Below, piece after piece: positions 11,270 to 21,592 of a DNA stretch of 64,000 nt. Origin of the DNA: Patescibacteria group bacterium (GTDB lineage Bacteria > Patescibacteriota > Microgenomatia > UBA8517). The notes under the pieces were generated by a model. That model searched no databases. It was not told the DNA's origin and worked only from the letters and a program-made list of their open reading frames with translations. Position numbers and translations under genes: made by a program. Each line of letters begins with the position of its first letter. The first letter of the stretch is position 1. The stretch lies in contig DASVCV010000012.1 of NCBI GenBank assembly GCA_036381415.1, positions 10,717 to 74,716 on the forward strand, in the 5' to 3' direction.

Positions 11270-12141
11270 AGTGCTTCTCCTGACCAATATTTAAAATAGG
11301 CAATTGGAAAATGAAATGCAGAAAATATTGACCAAACAAACCCTCTCATTCCATCCTCAAAGCCTTTATTTTTAATATATAAATTAACAAACACTGAAAA
11401 AGGCTTTAGGAATGAATAATAAATAAGTGAAAGGAAATTCTTTGATACCTTTTTCACTTTAAATTCTGCTGCGGTTAAACTTGTATATCTATTAGCTCTA
11501 GACAAGTATCTACTAAAGGTAGGTGAGTCATAATGCTCTAAATCATTAAACAGCCAAGCCACTTCTCCTTGTATTTTCATCTGTTCATGAACCGATTTTG
11601 CAGGCAAATATGCCTTTCCATTCTTAATAAGTCTAATAACAGCATCAGGATAAACTCCTGCATGAATAAGTGGTTTTCCTAAAAACATGTTTAGTCTTGG
11701 TATAAAAAATGCAACAATCTCACCCTTCTCACCTAATTTGCCATCTCTTTCTTCAATAATGCTTTGGTGCCTTTGAAATAATCTCCATTTCTTCATACTA
11801 CTTGGTCTTCTCCTACATATTTCCTCACTAGTCATATTAATCACTTCTTTAATTTCTTCTGCAAGTTCTTTTATAACTACCTCATCAGCATCCAATTGAA
11901 GTATCCAATCACCCTTTGCTTTCTCAATTGCCTTTTGTTTAGTTATATGGAAAACATCATGATGAGGCTCTTCATAAACCTTCGCGCCCAATCTTTTTGC
12001 AATCTCTGCTGTCTTATCAGTTGAATATTCATCAACAACAATAATCTCATCAGCTATATTCTTAACTGACTTCAGGCACCTTTCTATATTAGCTTCTTCA
12101 TTTCTGGTAGCAAGCACTACTGACAATTTCATCTTATCCAT
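11266..12141 (-). CDS. GT2, WaaE/LgtF-like beta-1,4-glucosyltransferase type
   Basis: DWILQLDADE, IPRLNMFLG, YPD..IRL, VHEQ, KGFEDGMRG. Start is 12141 or 12132. Confidence 0.88.
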   Translation of the reverse strand: MDKMKLSVVLATRNEEANIERCLKSVKNIADEIIVVDEYSTDKTAEIAKRLGAKVYEEPHHDVFHITKQKAIEKAKGDWILQLDADEVVIKELAEEIKEVINMTSEEICRRRPSSMKKWRLFQRHQSIIEERDGKLGEKGEIVAFFIPRLNMFLGKPLIHAGVYPDAVIRLIKNGKAYLPAKSVHEQMKIQGEVAWLFNDLEHYDSPTFSRYLSRANRYTSLTAAEFKVKKVSKNFLSLIYYSFLKPFSVFVNLYIKNKGFEDGMRGFVWSIFSAFHFPIAYFKYWSGEAL

Positions 12142-12145
12142 ATTA

Positions 12146-13801
12146 CTAGTTTGCAACTATTTTAAAAACAGGCTTTCCATCAGGTCCATATATTACTCTT
12201 ACTATATTAGCTTCATTTGGAATCTCAGTATCCGTCCCCACAATTAAAGTATTTGGATTATCCACCTTTGCCTCATCAAATCTTATGGTTGAGAAATAAT
12301 ATTTATCAAAGTGGTTAACAGTTGAAAATCCAAATCCATCCCTAGGTGTAAGTGTATGCTCAGCCTGGAACTTAGCAGGCGAATACTTCATGTAGAAAAG
12401 AAAAAGTATATATGGCTGGTCATATCTATCAGTAACCAATATTTTCTGGTATGCACTCGTATGCCCTTGCACATAACTTACTAAGTCTTTTAATCCATAC
12501 TGAGATGAGAATGGATACTCCTTTGCCATATGCACATAATACATGTGTAAGTATCTTCCAAAATTAAGACAAATAGCTGCAACAACAACTATGTAGAATG
12601 CATTCCTTAAATTTGTTCTACTCACTCTTTTTCTAAACTGTGCAACAATGCACATCAGTCCAAACTCACTTAATATCACAAGAGGAATTATCATATTATG
12701 AGCACGTAATGCTCCAGGTGCCTGAAAAGTAAGTGCAGAAGCAACAGGAGCAACAATTAGCCACCACATAATTGTGGCATGCTCCTTCTTCAAATTCCTC
12801 ACAATTACAATTAACCCAATTCCTACAAGCACAACATCATATATATACATCTCTCCTGTTTCTGGAACTTTATTTCTTTGCACTTCATCTCCTGACAAAA
12901 ACAAAAACTCTCCCCAATAATGCTTTCCCCAATTTTCCAAGAATGCCAGCGAATAGTTAACTGCTTTATTATGAAGAGATTTTGCAAGTAAACTGCTTAT
13001 GTTTGAGTGTTCTCCTCTTTGTTCCTCTAGCCTTGATTTAGGTCCCGGATCTGCAAAAAGACCAACTCCAGCTGCTCTGGATAATGCTCCTCCCTTTGTC
13101 AGATCAAGTGCCAGAGGAAGTACAAGAACTAATCCAACTACTGCAGCAATAATAATTGTTCTCTTGCTCTTTAAAATATCTTTAAAATAAATTGCAAAAA
13201 GTCCAATTCCCAGTAGTGGAACAACAACTCTTGCAGCATGGTATGTATATAAAGCCAAAACAAAAGAAACTAGACACCCATAATAATACTTAGGTTTCTT
13301 TAAACCCTTTAGGAAAAGAAGAACTCCTAGGGATATAAAAAAGGTTGCTACATTTGCTTCCCATCCCCCTCTTGAAAAATGTATATGCCAGGGTGATATT
13401 GCAAGAAAAAAGCTTGCAACAAGTGATCCTTCTTCATCATCAAATAATTCCTTGACAAGCATATACACAAGTAGCACCGTGACTACCCCTAAAAACGCAG
13501 CTGGAGCCCGCACCGACATCTCGTTTAATCCAAAAAGCTTTACAAAAGGAACAACAATGTAGAAATAAAGACCAGGTTTATAATCATTAAATGACTGAAA
13601 GTGAATCGGCCAAGGGTTGCCATGTTCATCTTTTCCAGTTTGAATTAAAGAATAAGCATTGTAGCCAATTGCTGCTTCATCTGCATTAAGAGCAGGATAT
13701 GAATCAAGTTGATAAAACCTTAGAGTAAAAGCTAGAAGAACAATAAGTATAAGTGTTATTCTTCTTTTGTTTGATATTAATCCTAATAATCTTTCTTTCA
13801 T
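12146..13801 (-). CDS. GT-C (PMT_2/ArnT-like) membrane glycosyltransferase, subtype A
   Basis: LRF...NADEAAIGYNAYSLIQTGKDEHG, DYKPGLY, SPWHIHFSR..WE; many TM segments; C-terminal soluble domain with QPYI. Confidence 0.85.
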   Translation of the reverse strand: MKERLLGLISNKRRITLILIVLLAFTLRFYQLDSYPALNADEAAIGYNAYSLIQTGKDEHGNPWPIHFQSFNDYKPGLYFYIVVPFVKLFGLNEMSVRAPAAFLGVVTVLLVYMLVKELFDDEEGSLVASFFLAISPWHIHFSRGGWEANVATFFISLGVLLFLKGLKKPKYYYGCLVSFVLALYTYHAARVVVPLLGIGLFAIYFKDILKSKRTIIIAAVVGLVLVLPLALDLTKGGALSRAAGVGLFADPGPKSRLEEQRGEHSNISSLLAKSLHNKAVNYSLAFLENWGKHYWGEFLFLSGDEVQRNKVPETGEMYIYDVVLVGIGLIVIVRNLKKEHATIMWWLIVAPVASALTFQAPGALRAHNMIIPLVILSEFGLMCIVAQFRKRVSRTNLRNAFYIVVVAAICLNFGRYLHMYYVHMAKEYPFSSQYGLKDLVSYVQGHTSAYQKILVTDRYDQPYILFLFYMKYSPAKFQAEHTLTPRDGFGFSTVNHFDKYYFSTIRFDEAKVDNPNTLIVGTDTEIPNEANIVRVIYGPDGKPVFKIVAN

Positions 13802-15489
13802 TTTAATATTTCTACAACTCTAAAAGCTGTCTTTCCATCTAAATATTTTATTTCCTTAATCAGTTTAAACCTGTTTGGATCACTTGAATCCTGTACGGGC
13901 ATTTTAATTGGATCTGCAACAATTAATTCACCTTTGTGCCCCTGGTCAGCTGACCAATCAATTGCACTAAATTCAATATTGTCTAATTTTTCAACCAATC
14001 CCACATCCCCCATTGGGCTTTCAGTTAAATGAGCCTGTGCTTGGTATTTAGCTGGGTCATACTTTTCAAAAAATAAAAAGTAAATATATGGCTGAGCATA
14101 GCTCTGTTCTACCTTTATTTTCTTGTAGTTTCCTTGTACTGGATAAACTGCTTCAACTATTTGTTTGTAGCCATATTCCCAATAAATAGAATCATGTTTA
14201 GGTAAATGTACAAAATAAGAGTCTAAATAGTAAACATAATTAGCAGTATATATAAGAGCAAGGGCAACAAAGATAATTCTATACCTGCTAATAAGTAAAT
14301 AAGCTCCATGAGCCATAATAATTACAAAAGGAATTACCATATTGAACGCCCTAACAGCATGCACCTGATCCCTAGATAATATCGAAGGAAGTGTAGCTAA
14401 AATAAGCCAAAGTCCTACAAATAAATTTTCCTTCTTTATCAACGAAGTCGGCAAAGCTTTGCTTAGCTTTCCCTTTACCATTGCCGCAAACCCAACTGCC
14501 ACTAAGAAGGCATCGCTAACCAAGAACATCCCCATATTAGGAGGTGAATGTCTTGGGTTAGTCCAATCCCCTTCAAAAAACAAAAATCTAACGGAAAAAT
14601 GATTAAAGAATCTGCCTAGCACTCCTCTTGCAAAATTAAGCCACTCGGGATGAAATAAGTAATAGGATAAGCTTCCTTTCACTTCTTGTCCTTCATCCAA
14701 AAAATCTTGTAAATATTTTTCAGGTCTGGGATTCGAAAAAACACTAAAGATAGCAAGCCTGCCAGTCTGCCCATTAAATAAACTTAGTATTATTGGTATA
14801 CAAACCAATACCCCAACAGCAATCGACTGCAAAATAACTTTTCTTTCTATTTTTAATAACTCCTTAAGGTACAAAACCAAAAGAAGTAAAACTACAATTC
14901 CTGTTGAAAGTTTTGCCCCTTGATATGCAGTAAGGGTTAAAGCAAAAAATACTGCTGAAAATATCAAGTATTTTCCCTTCTTGAAAGATTTGAAAAAAAA
15001 GTAAATACCAATAAGTGTAAGGGTCAAAGAAAGATTTATCTCCCAAGCACCTCTTGAAAAATGTATATGCCAGGAATTAATTGCTAAAAGAAAAGCTCCT
15101 AGAAGTGCAAGCTTTTCCTCTTTCCAAACTTCTTTAAGTACTAAATAAAGAAGTACTACTGCAAGTATCCCTGCTATTGCACTTGGGAGCCTTACTGCAA
15201 ACTCATTGAGCCCAAATATTAAAACTGAAGGAATTGCAGCATAAACATAAAGACCTGGTTTAAAATCTCCAAAAGACTTAAAAATAATTGGGAAAAGTGT
15301 TCCATACTCATCTCTTCCTGTTTTTAAAATTGAATAGGCATTGTATCCCAATGATGCTTCATCAGCAGTCAGATGAGGTGGAACATTACTTAGATTAACC
15401 AACCTCAAAACTGCAGCAAGAATAATTATCAAAAACAAGAACACAGTTATTTTTGATTTAATTTTCATAATATTTTTAATAAATAACAT
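13798..15489 (-). CDS. GT-C (PMT_2/ArnT-like) glycosyltransferase, subtype A
   Basis: TADEASLGYNAYSILKTGRDEYG, GDFKPGLY, WHIHFSRGAWE. Alternative start at 15468. Confidence 0.85.
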   Translation of the reverse strand: MLFIKNIMKIKSKITVFLFLIIILAAVLRLVNLSNVPPHLTADEASLGYNAYSILKTGRDEYGTLFPIIFKSFGDFKPGLYVYAAIPSVLIFGLNEFAVRLPSAIAGILAVVLLYLVLKEVWKEEKLALLGAFLLAINSWHIHFSRGAWEINLSLTLTLIGIYFFFKSFKKGKYLIFSAVFFALTLTAYQGAKLSTGIVVLLLLVLYLKELLKIERKVILQSIAVGVLVCIPIILSLFNGQTGRLAIFSVFSNPRPEKYLQDFLDEGQEVKGSLSYYLFHPEWLNFARGVLGRFFNHFSVRFLFFEGDWTNPRHSPPNMGMFLVSDAFLVAVGFAAMVKGKLSKALPTSLIKKENLFVGLWLILATLPSILSRDQVHAVRAFNMVIPFVIIMAHGAYLLISRYRIIFVALALIYTANYVYYLDSYFVHLPKHDSIYWEYGYKQIVEAVYPVQGNYKKIKVEQSYAQPYIYFLFFEKYDPAKYQAQAHLTESPMGDVGLVEKLDNIEFSAIDWSADQGHKGELIVADPIKMPVQDSSDPNRFKLIKEIKYLDGKTAFRVVEILK

Positions 15490-15497
15490 ATCCGTTT

Positions 15498-17192
15498 CTA
15501 GTTGCTATATATTTCAAAAGCTTTCTTTCCATCTAAAAAGTCATATGTTTTCAACAGCTTCCATCCTTTGGGATAATTACCAGGACTTGTAATAAGTAAG
15601 CACTTAGTTTTTGAGCAATCCACATTCTCCTTTTTACTCTCCAGTACAAATGTAGTCCCTTCTTTAGGAATTTGCCAGTCATTCACAAAGTAAAATTTAT
15701 CAAACCTATCCACCCAATACCAGTTGCTTTGGAAAAATCGGATTAGATTTGGATCATTTCTATATTTTTCCGGACTCCACCCTGAAAAGAAAAGAAGAAA
15801 TTCATGTGGTTCTCCATACTTCTTAGTCACTATAATCTTTTCATATTGAGAAGAGTTCTCATTTGCATAGCTATACACCTCTTTGTATCCGTATTGCCAA
15901 GCCCAAGAATAGTTATTTCTATAGCTGTTAGCATACACATTCAAATAATTTCCAAGCAATATAAACATAACTCCGCCAAACAGCAAGCTCACAAAAACTC
16001 TATACTTAGGCATTCTCTTTATAACCTCAACCAAACCAACTGCACTAAGTATTTGCGGAATAGGTAGCAATGTAGTTGCCCTAATAAGAGCAGATTCATC
16101 TTGTGTAATGGCTGCAGGAATAGGCGCCAGAATTAGCCATAATAATAGTAATCTCCAGTCTCTGTCTTTTATAGCCTTCTTGATCAAAATAAATAGTCCT
16201 AAATAAAAAAACGGCAATTCAGCCAGATATAAAACTCCATGATTTGGAACACTAAATTGATACTGAGTTCCACCTTTTAAAAACAAAAAGCTCGGAGAAA
16301 AATAATTTATATAGTTTCTTGCAAAATTAACTGAAAGATATGTGGCTTTGTTATATAAAAGCGACTTAAACGGCAGCTTTGAGCTATTACGCAAATCGTT
16401 TATTTGATTAATAGCTCCCTGATCAATCAAAAAAACTACATTAGACCTTGCCCTAGCTTGAGGATTTAAAAGAATAAAAGGCAGAGGTGCAAAAAACAAG
16501 AGTATGAAAGCAAATGAAACAACAATCTCTACACTTCTTCTAGAAATCTTCTGGATAAACTCCTTTCTATAAATCAAAAGTAAACCAACCAATATTAATG
16601 GCGAAAAAATTCTAGTTGAATGATATGAAAAAAGAGTCGAACCCAGAAATAAAAATGAAATAGGTGTAAACCATCTGTTCTTTTCTCTATTAAAAAAGAC
16701 AGCCATTGCAGTTGTCAGAAAAAATACAGACAAGTTGGACTGAAAAACTGCCCTTGATGGAAACAAAAGCCACGGATCAATTGCAGCAAAAAAAGAACCA
16801 ATAAGTGCAATTTTGCGGTTTTTTGTTATCCCAAGAGCAAGAAAATATACAGAAACAATTGTCAAAGTGCCTAAAAACGCATGTGGAAAGCGTATTGCAA
16901 CCTCATTAAGCCCAAAAACAGCTATAAAAGGAATTGTTAAGTAAAGATTAAGAGGAAGGGGATAGTCTCCATAAGCTCTAAAATTTGCAATTGGGAAAGC
17001 CTGACCCCACTCATCCTTGCCTGTCTTAAGGATAGAATAGGCATTATATCCATGGCTTACCTCATCCCAATTAAGGGAAGGTGGAACAAAATTTAAGTAA
17101 GAAAATCTTAAAACCGCTCCAAGCACCAATATTAGAACTAAATATTTATTTTTAAGTAAAAAGCCAATAATGTTATTTTTTATTTTCTTCAT
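15498..17192 (-). CDS. GT-C (PMT_2/ArnT-like) glycosyltransferase, subtype A
   Basis: NWDEVSHGYNAYSILKTGKDEWG, GDYPLPL, DPWLLFPSR. ATG 17192 preferred. Confidence 0.85.
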   Translation of the reverse strand: MKKIKNNIIGFLLKNKYLVLILVLGAVLRFSYLNFVPPSLNWDEVSHGYNAYSILKTGKDEWGQAFPIANFRAYGDYPLPLNLYLTIPFIAVFGLNEVAIRFPHAFLGTLTIVSVYFLALGITKNRKIALIGSFFAAIDPWLLFPSRAVFQSNLSVFFLTTAMAVFFNREKNRWFTPISFLFLGSTLFSYHSTRIFSPLILVGLLLIYRKEFIQKISRRSVEIVVSFAFILLFFAPLPFILLNPQARARSNVVFLIDQGAINQINDLRNSSKLPFKSLLYNKATYLSVNFARNYINYFSPSFLFLKGGTQYQFSVPNHGVLYLAELPFFYLGLFILIKKAIKDRDWRLLLLWLILAPIPAAITQDESALIRATTLLPIPQILSAVGLVEVIKRMPKYRVFVSLLFGGVMFILLGNYLNVYANSYRNNYSWAWQYGYKEVYSYANENSSQYEKIIVTKKYGEPHEFLLFFSGWSPEKYRNDPNLIRFFQSNWYWVDRFDKFYFVNDWQIPKEGTTFVLESKKENVDCSKTKCLLITSPGNYPKGWKLLKTYDFLDGKKAFEIYSN

Positions 17193-18669
17193 ATTTAAAT
17201 TTCTTCCAGGTAGCTGCAACCAGCACAACTGCCAAAACGCTCACCCAATTTCCAACAGTTCTGACAGGTGTATCTGAAAAAACCGCCCCGTCTGCAGGAA
17301 TCAAACCATTTTTATCAGGTTGGTAATTCCAACCTGGAAAATAGTTTATATACTTTCCATCAGAAATCTTATCCGGTAGTTTATGGCCAAAGTTTGGCCA
17401 ATAATCATTAATTGATGCAAACCTTGATTCTGTCCAAAAAGCCCCGCTCTCCAAATCACTATCTGTAACACTCTTCCATATATCTGGTCTGAAAAAATTG
17501 TAGTTAAGAGCTATTGCAATTACCACAACGACAACAGCCATCCATACTCCAAATTTCCCTAAGTATTTTACAATCAGCCCTGAGGCAAGTGCGAAAGAAA
17601 AAACAGCAACACTCAAAAATCTCCATGGGAACTGAATATATTTCATAAACATTAAGTTGTTCCAAATAAATGTTGATTTATTATGAGTCAAGAAAAGTGC
17701 AAAAACTCCTATTAAAACTAAGGCCACAAAAATCTTTACATCCTTAGTAAATTTTCTCCTTAAGAGGACAATTAAACCAACAAGAAAAGGTAGAACCCAC
17801 TGTATCTGTCCAACTGATAAGCTAAGCCCATCATCAGTTCCCCATACAGATCCTCCATAACCCCAAAATCTGGAAACAAAAAGCTGCCCAATCGTTACAA
17901 AATTGGCTCTCCAATCAAAATATCCGCTTGTTGTAGAACCGATATCTACAAATTTTGATTCAAAAATAACCGGCAAAATATAAAACGCAGAAATTACAAA
18001 AGAAAAAAGTCCCGCAATTGCAAGGTATACAAATGGTTTTACATTTTTATATGTTAATAGCCTAAAGATTGTCCATCCTATTAAAAAGGGTAAAAATAAA
18101 ACAACTGACAAACTATGATTTAAGAGTAGAAGAGCAAAGAATAGACTAAACAGGACTAGATACGTCTTCTTCTTTGTAGACAAATAGTTTTCTATTTCTA
18201 AAATTATCAATGGAAAGAAAACAAAACTCATGCTCTCAGCCAGATCTCCCCTTACCCAGACATCAACTGCCCGGTATGGAGCATACAGATAAATAGCAGA
18301 TGACACTATCGCCGCCCAATCACTTTTCCAAATCTTTTTGGCCAGTAAAAACATTGCAAAAGCTGACATTACAAAGGATAAGGTAAAAGCAATTTTTAAA
18401 GAGTCTATTTTGCTAAAACCAACTAAATGAAATATTTCTCCAACTGCAAATGACACCTGTCCGTAAAAATTAAAAAGAGGCTCTCCATAACCAGCCCCCA
18501 CATCCTGCGCCCATCTGCATGGAATCTGTAAAGCTCTAAAGCACTTGTCTAGCTCAACCAAACGGATGTAGGGAAAATCCTGCATTGAGTAAATGCCAAA
18601 CTGGAGCATTCTCCAAAAAGCAGGGACAGATATAGCTAAAACAAGTAGAATTAAAAGTTTCTTTTTCAC
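17173..18669 (-). CDS. PTPS-related/YfhO-like membrane protein (GT-C fold)
   Basis: QIPCRW...GYGEPLFNFY, YLYAPYR, RGDLAE, IQFPWRFL. Confidence 0.75.
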   Translation of the reverse strand: MKKKLLILLVLAISVPAFWRMLQFGIYSMQDFPYIRLVELDKCFRALQIPCRWAQDVGAGYGEPLFNFYGQVSFAVGEIFHLVGFSKIDSLKIAFTLSFVMSAFAMFLLAKKIWKSDWAAIVSSAIYLYAPYRAVDVWVRGDLAESMSFVFFPLIILEIENYLSTKKKTYLVLFSLFFALLLLNHSLSVVLFLPFLIGWTIFRLLTYKNVKPFVYLAIAGLFSFVISAFYILPVIFESKFVDIGSTTSGYFDWRANFVTIGQLFVSRFWGYGGSVWGTDDGLSLSVGQIQWVLPFLVGLIVLLRRKFTKDVKIFVALVLIGVFALFLTHNKSTFIWNNLMFMKYIQFPWRFLSVAVFSFALASGLIVKYLGKFGVWMAVVVVVIAIALNYNFFRPDIWKSVTDSDLESGAFWTESRFASINDYWPNFGHKLPDKISDGKYINYFPGWNYQPDKNGLIPADGAVFSDTPVRTVGNWVSVLAVVLVAATWKKFKYEENKK

Positions 18670-20291
18670 TTTGTTGATACAATATAATACGCCGGCGTCA
18701 GATTAGGATAATTCACTACAAAATCAATTTTTGCACTTGTAGGAAATTCAGATGGCTTCCCAACTAAGATAATATTTTTCAGCTTGCTGTCCACATTATA
18801 ATTAATATCTCGAAAAATATACTTTCCTATATTGTAGCTTCCCTGCTGGTCCACCCAACCATTAACTAATTCCCAATTCCTGCTTGCGCTCTGATACTCT
18901 CTAGGGTCTATTTTTTTATAAAAAGCTAAATAAATTTGAGGCTCTGAAACTGACTTTGAAATAATAACTTCCTTCTTTCCACCTTCTTCTTTAGATATAA
19001 AATCCACCACTTCTTTCGTTCCATATATCATACTAGGAGCATAAGAAACCCTCTGAGCATACACATACTTCTCAAAATTAAAAGCAAACGAAAGAAAAAC
19101 AACAATTACACTAGCAAACACAATTGCCTGCTTATAAAATCTAGGAAACTTAAGAACATATCTTCTATACAAATAGACTAACCCAAATGCCAATAAAATT
19201 TGCAGTGCAGGCATCATAAAAGCTACTCTGTTTGCAGCAAAACCAGGCCCTGTTGTTAAACTTGCAGGTATTGGACTTATTAATACCCAAAAAATAAATA
19301 GCCCTGCATTTTTAATTTGCCCACGGATTAATCCAACAATCAGTCCCACCAAAGATACAATGTCAAACAAGTACAATACCCCCACTCCTGGAACCATCCC
19401 ATAAGTTCCCTCATTTGGACCATTTGTAAAAAGAAACTGAGGAGAAAAGTAACTTAGGTAGTTTTTTGTAAAAGTTGTTGCAAGAGTAATAAGCTTATTA
19501 TTAAATGTTCTTGCCACTATATTTGCCTCTCCAGCCAAAATTGCCTGATACCGGTCCTGAGCAGACCATCCAGAAACCAAAGAAAAAATAGAAGATGAGG
19601 CAATCCTTGAGCTTCCAATTATATAAAAATAAACCGCTGAAGCTAAAAATAAAAACACTACCACACAAGCAAATAGAGTGTATTTTTCAATTTTTATCTC
19701 TTTTCTATAATTAAATATTAAGTATCCAACAATTAATGGAGTAAGCAATCTTGCCGTGTGATATGAAAACATATTAAGTCCAAAAACTAATGCACTCACA
19801 ACCAACAGCTTTGGCCTTTTAATACCTTCTATAAATAGAAGTATCCCCAGTGGTAAAAAAAATGTAGTTAGATTAGCTTCAAATGCCCCTCTTGAAAGCA
19901 TGATATGCCAAGGTGAAATTGCAACTAAGAATGAGGCAAGTAAAGCAGTTTTGTCTGTACTTAGCTTCTTAACTAGAAAATAGACAGCTACTAAAGCTAA
20001 ACTGCCAAGTACTGCATTAGGAAGTCTTGTAGCAGTTTCATTAAGTCCAAAAACTGCAATAAAAGGTATATCTAGATAGCTGTATAAAGGAAGCTTAGAA
20101 TCTCCAAATGATCTTAATATTAACGGAAAACTCACTCCCCACTGATCTTTTCCCGTTTTTAAAATTGAATAGGCATCATAACCAAACGAAGCTTCATCAG
20201 GAGTAAACCCAGCAGGTACACTATTTAATCCTATAACTCTAAGTAAGAATCCTAAAGATACAATTAATACTAAAATCCACTTTCGTGCCAC
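18666..20291 (-). CDS. GT-C (PMT_2/ArnT-like) glycosyltransferase, subtype A
   Basis: TPDEASFGYDAYSILKTGKDQWG, GDSKLPLY, SPWHIMLSRGAFE. GTG start with TATAAT 6 nt upstream. Confidence 0.85.
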   Translation of the reverse strand: MARKWILVLIVSLGFLLRVIGLNSVPAGFTPDEASFGYDAYSILKTGKDQWGVSFPLILRSFGDSKLPLYSYLDIPFIAVFGLNETATRLPNAVLGSLALVAVYFLVKKLSTDKTALLASFLVAISPWHIMLSRGAFEANLTTFFLPLGILLFIEGIKRPKLLVVSALVFGLNMFSYHTARLLTPLIVGYLIFNYRKEIKIEKYTLFACVVVFLFLASAVYFYIIGSSRIASSSIFSLVSGWSAQDRYQAILAGEANIVARTFNNKLITLATTFTKNYLSYFSPQFLFTNGPNEGTYGMVPGVGVLYLFDIVSLVGLIVGLIRGQIKNAGLFIFWVLISPIPASLTTGPGFAANRVAFMMPALQILLAFGLVYLYRRYVLKFPRFYKQAIVFASVIVVFLSFAFNFEKYVYAQRVSYAPSMIYGTKEVVDFISKEEGGKKEVIISKSVSEPQIYLAFYKKIDPREYQSASRNWELVNGWVDQQGSYNIGKYIFRDINYNVDSKLKNIILVGKPSEFPTSAKIDFVVNYPNLTPAYYIVSTK

Positions 20292-20297
20292 AAATAT

Positions 20298-20305
20298 ATT
20301 ATACT
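20298..20305. promoter_or_regulatory. Overlapping bidirectional -10 elements (leaderless type)
   Basis: ATTATACT reads TATAAT on the minus strand (20303-20298) and TATACT on the plus strand (20300-20305). Each hexamer is exactly 6 nt from a GTG start (20291 and 20312). Confidence 0.65.
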
Positions 20306-20311
20306 TATCTT

Positions 20312-21592
20312 GTGTTCATAACTCCACCGGTTGAATTACAAGAAATACAACTCCTTAATCTATTCCATCTAGCTCTCACTCCTCTTGCCTTAAGGCTAAT
20401 AGGAATTATCTTTCGTGTATTAGGAAGTCTTCTTTTTAGTCTAGTTGCCTTTTATTTTGTAAAACCTAATAAACATAAAAACCTATTTCTTGCAGCAACT
20501 GGATTAATGTTTTTTCTATCACCCTGGGAAAGTCTTATTTCAACATTTTATCTTGTTCAGAGCATATTAATTTTCTTGCTTTTAGTTGTCCTTAAGTTTA
20601 AAAAAAGAATTCTATTAATCCCGCTTCTTTTAATTTCGATTTTCTTTTTATACAAAACATACGCTCCAACATATCTATTTACAAACAAATTATCTTCTTC
20701 AAACCTCTTAATAGAAATAAATGACAGACAAAAAGCTGATTATTTAATAGAGGGAAGAAAATTTGTAATCCCTCGTCCAATTAGGGGAGTTATTTATAAT
20801 AAACAGTTTCTAGCAGGTAACAAAATTCTAAACCAATTCATTTCCTTTTTTGATTTTGAACATCTTGTTTCTCCTCTTGATTCATATGAGTTAATAAGAT
20901 TAAGTGGGATTTCCCCAAAAGGAAACCTTCCTCTTTTTTATCTCTGGGATATTCCACTTGTTATTTATGGAGTGTATCTTCTGACTAAAGAGAATAAGAA
21001 CAATAAGAAGTATGTAATCTTTTTGTTTTTCATTTCACTTATCCCTTATATGATATTTGAGAAAAAACTTCTTCCCCAAACTGCATTTCTAACTTTAATT
21101 CCAATTCTCTTAATAGAACCCTTAGCCATTTACAAAATAATAAAACTAAAAAACAAAATTCCCCTTCTTTTAGTTTCTCTACTTTTTGCACTTAGCATCT
21201 TTAGCTACTACACAACTTTTTACTTCTCTCCACAAACCTACCAAAAACCAGAATCCTACCTGTATGAAGAAATCTCCAAATGGCTGTATAACAATTACGA
21301 CCCTAGTAAAACATATATTATCACTAACAAATTTGGTCCAACAGACAAGATGGTTTCATTCTATCTTCAAAAAACTTACAGCAATGTAAATTTTGAAGAG
21401 TTTGATCTATCAGAAAAAATTCCTCAAAAAAACACTTATTATGTTGGACTTGAAGGAGAATTTGTAGGACACGGCAAAAACCTGGAACAAAGAACACTCC
21501 CCGAGCATCTAAATATTGTTGATAAAATAACTGGACAGGAAGAACCAGTCTTTGAATATGGAAAGGAAATATGGATAGGATTATACAAATAA
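20312..21592 (+). CDS. Degenerate GT-C-like membrane protein (subtype A derivative without the DE motif)
   Basis: Keeps LSPW, IYNK..., FISFFDFEHL, PLFYLWDIPL..YG and a C-terminal soluble domain, but the N-terminus reads TPPVELQE instead of PP..xxDEA-GYNAYS. Start moved from GTG 20285 to in-frame GTG 20312. Confidence 0.65.
   Translation: MFITPPVELQEIQLLNLFHLALTPLALRLIGIIFRVLGSLLFSLVAFYFVKPNKHKNLFLAATGLMFFLSPWESLISTFYLVQSILIFLLLVVLKFKKRILLIPLLLISIFFLYKTYAPTYLFTNKLSSSNLLIEINDRQKADYLIEGRKFVIPRPIRGVIYNKQFLAGNKILNQFISFFDFEHLVSPLDSYELIRLSGISPKGNLPLFYLWDIPLVIYGVYLLTKENKNNKKYVIFLFFISLIPYMIFEKKLLPQTAFLTLIPILLIEPLAIYKIIKLKNKIPLLLVSLLFALSIFSYYTTFYFSPQTYQKPESYLYEEISKWLYNNYDPSKTYIITNKFGPTDKMVSFYLQKTYSNVNFEEFDLSEKIPQKNTYYVGLEGEFVGHGKNLEQRTLPEHLNIVDKITGQEEPVFEYGKEIWIGLYK

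Noticed and set aside
20285-20311. ORF-track start at GTG 20285 giving head-to-head overlapping start codons
   Set aside because: In-frame GTG 20312 has a correctly spaced -10 and removes the overlap. Similar over-extended starts were trimmed at 17228, 26134, 40227, 51346, 56885, 59654, 62174 and 37545.
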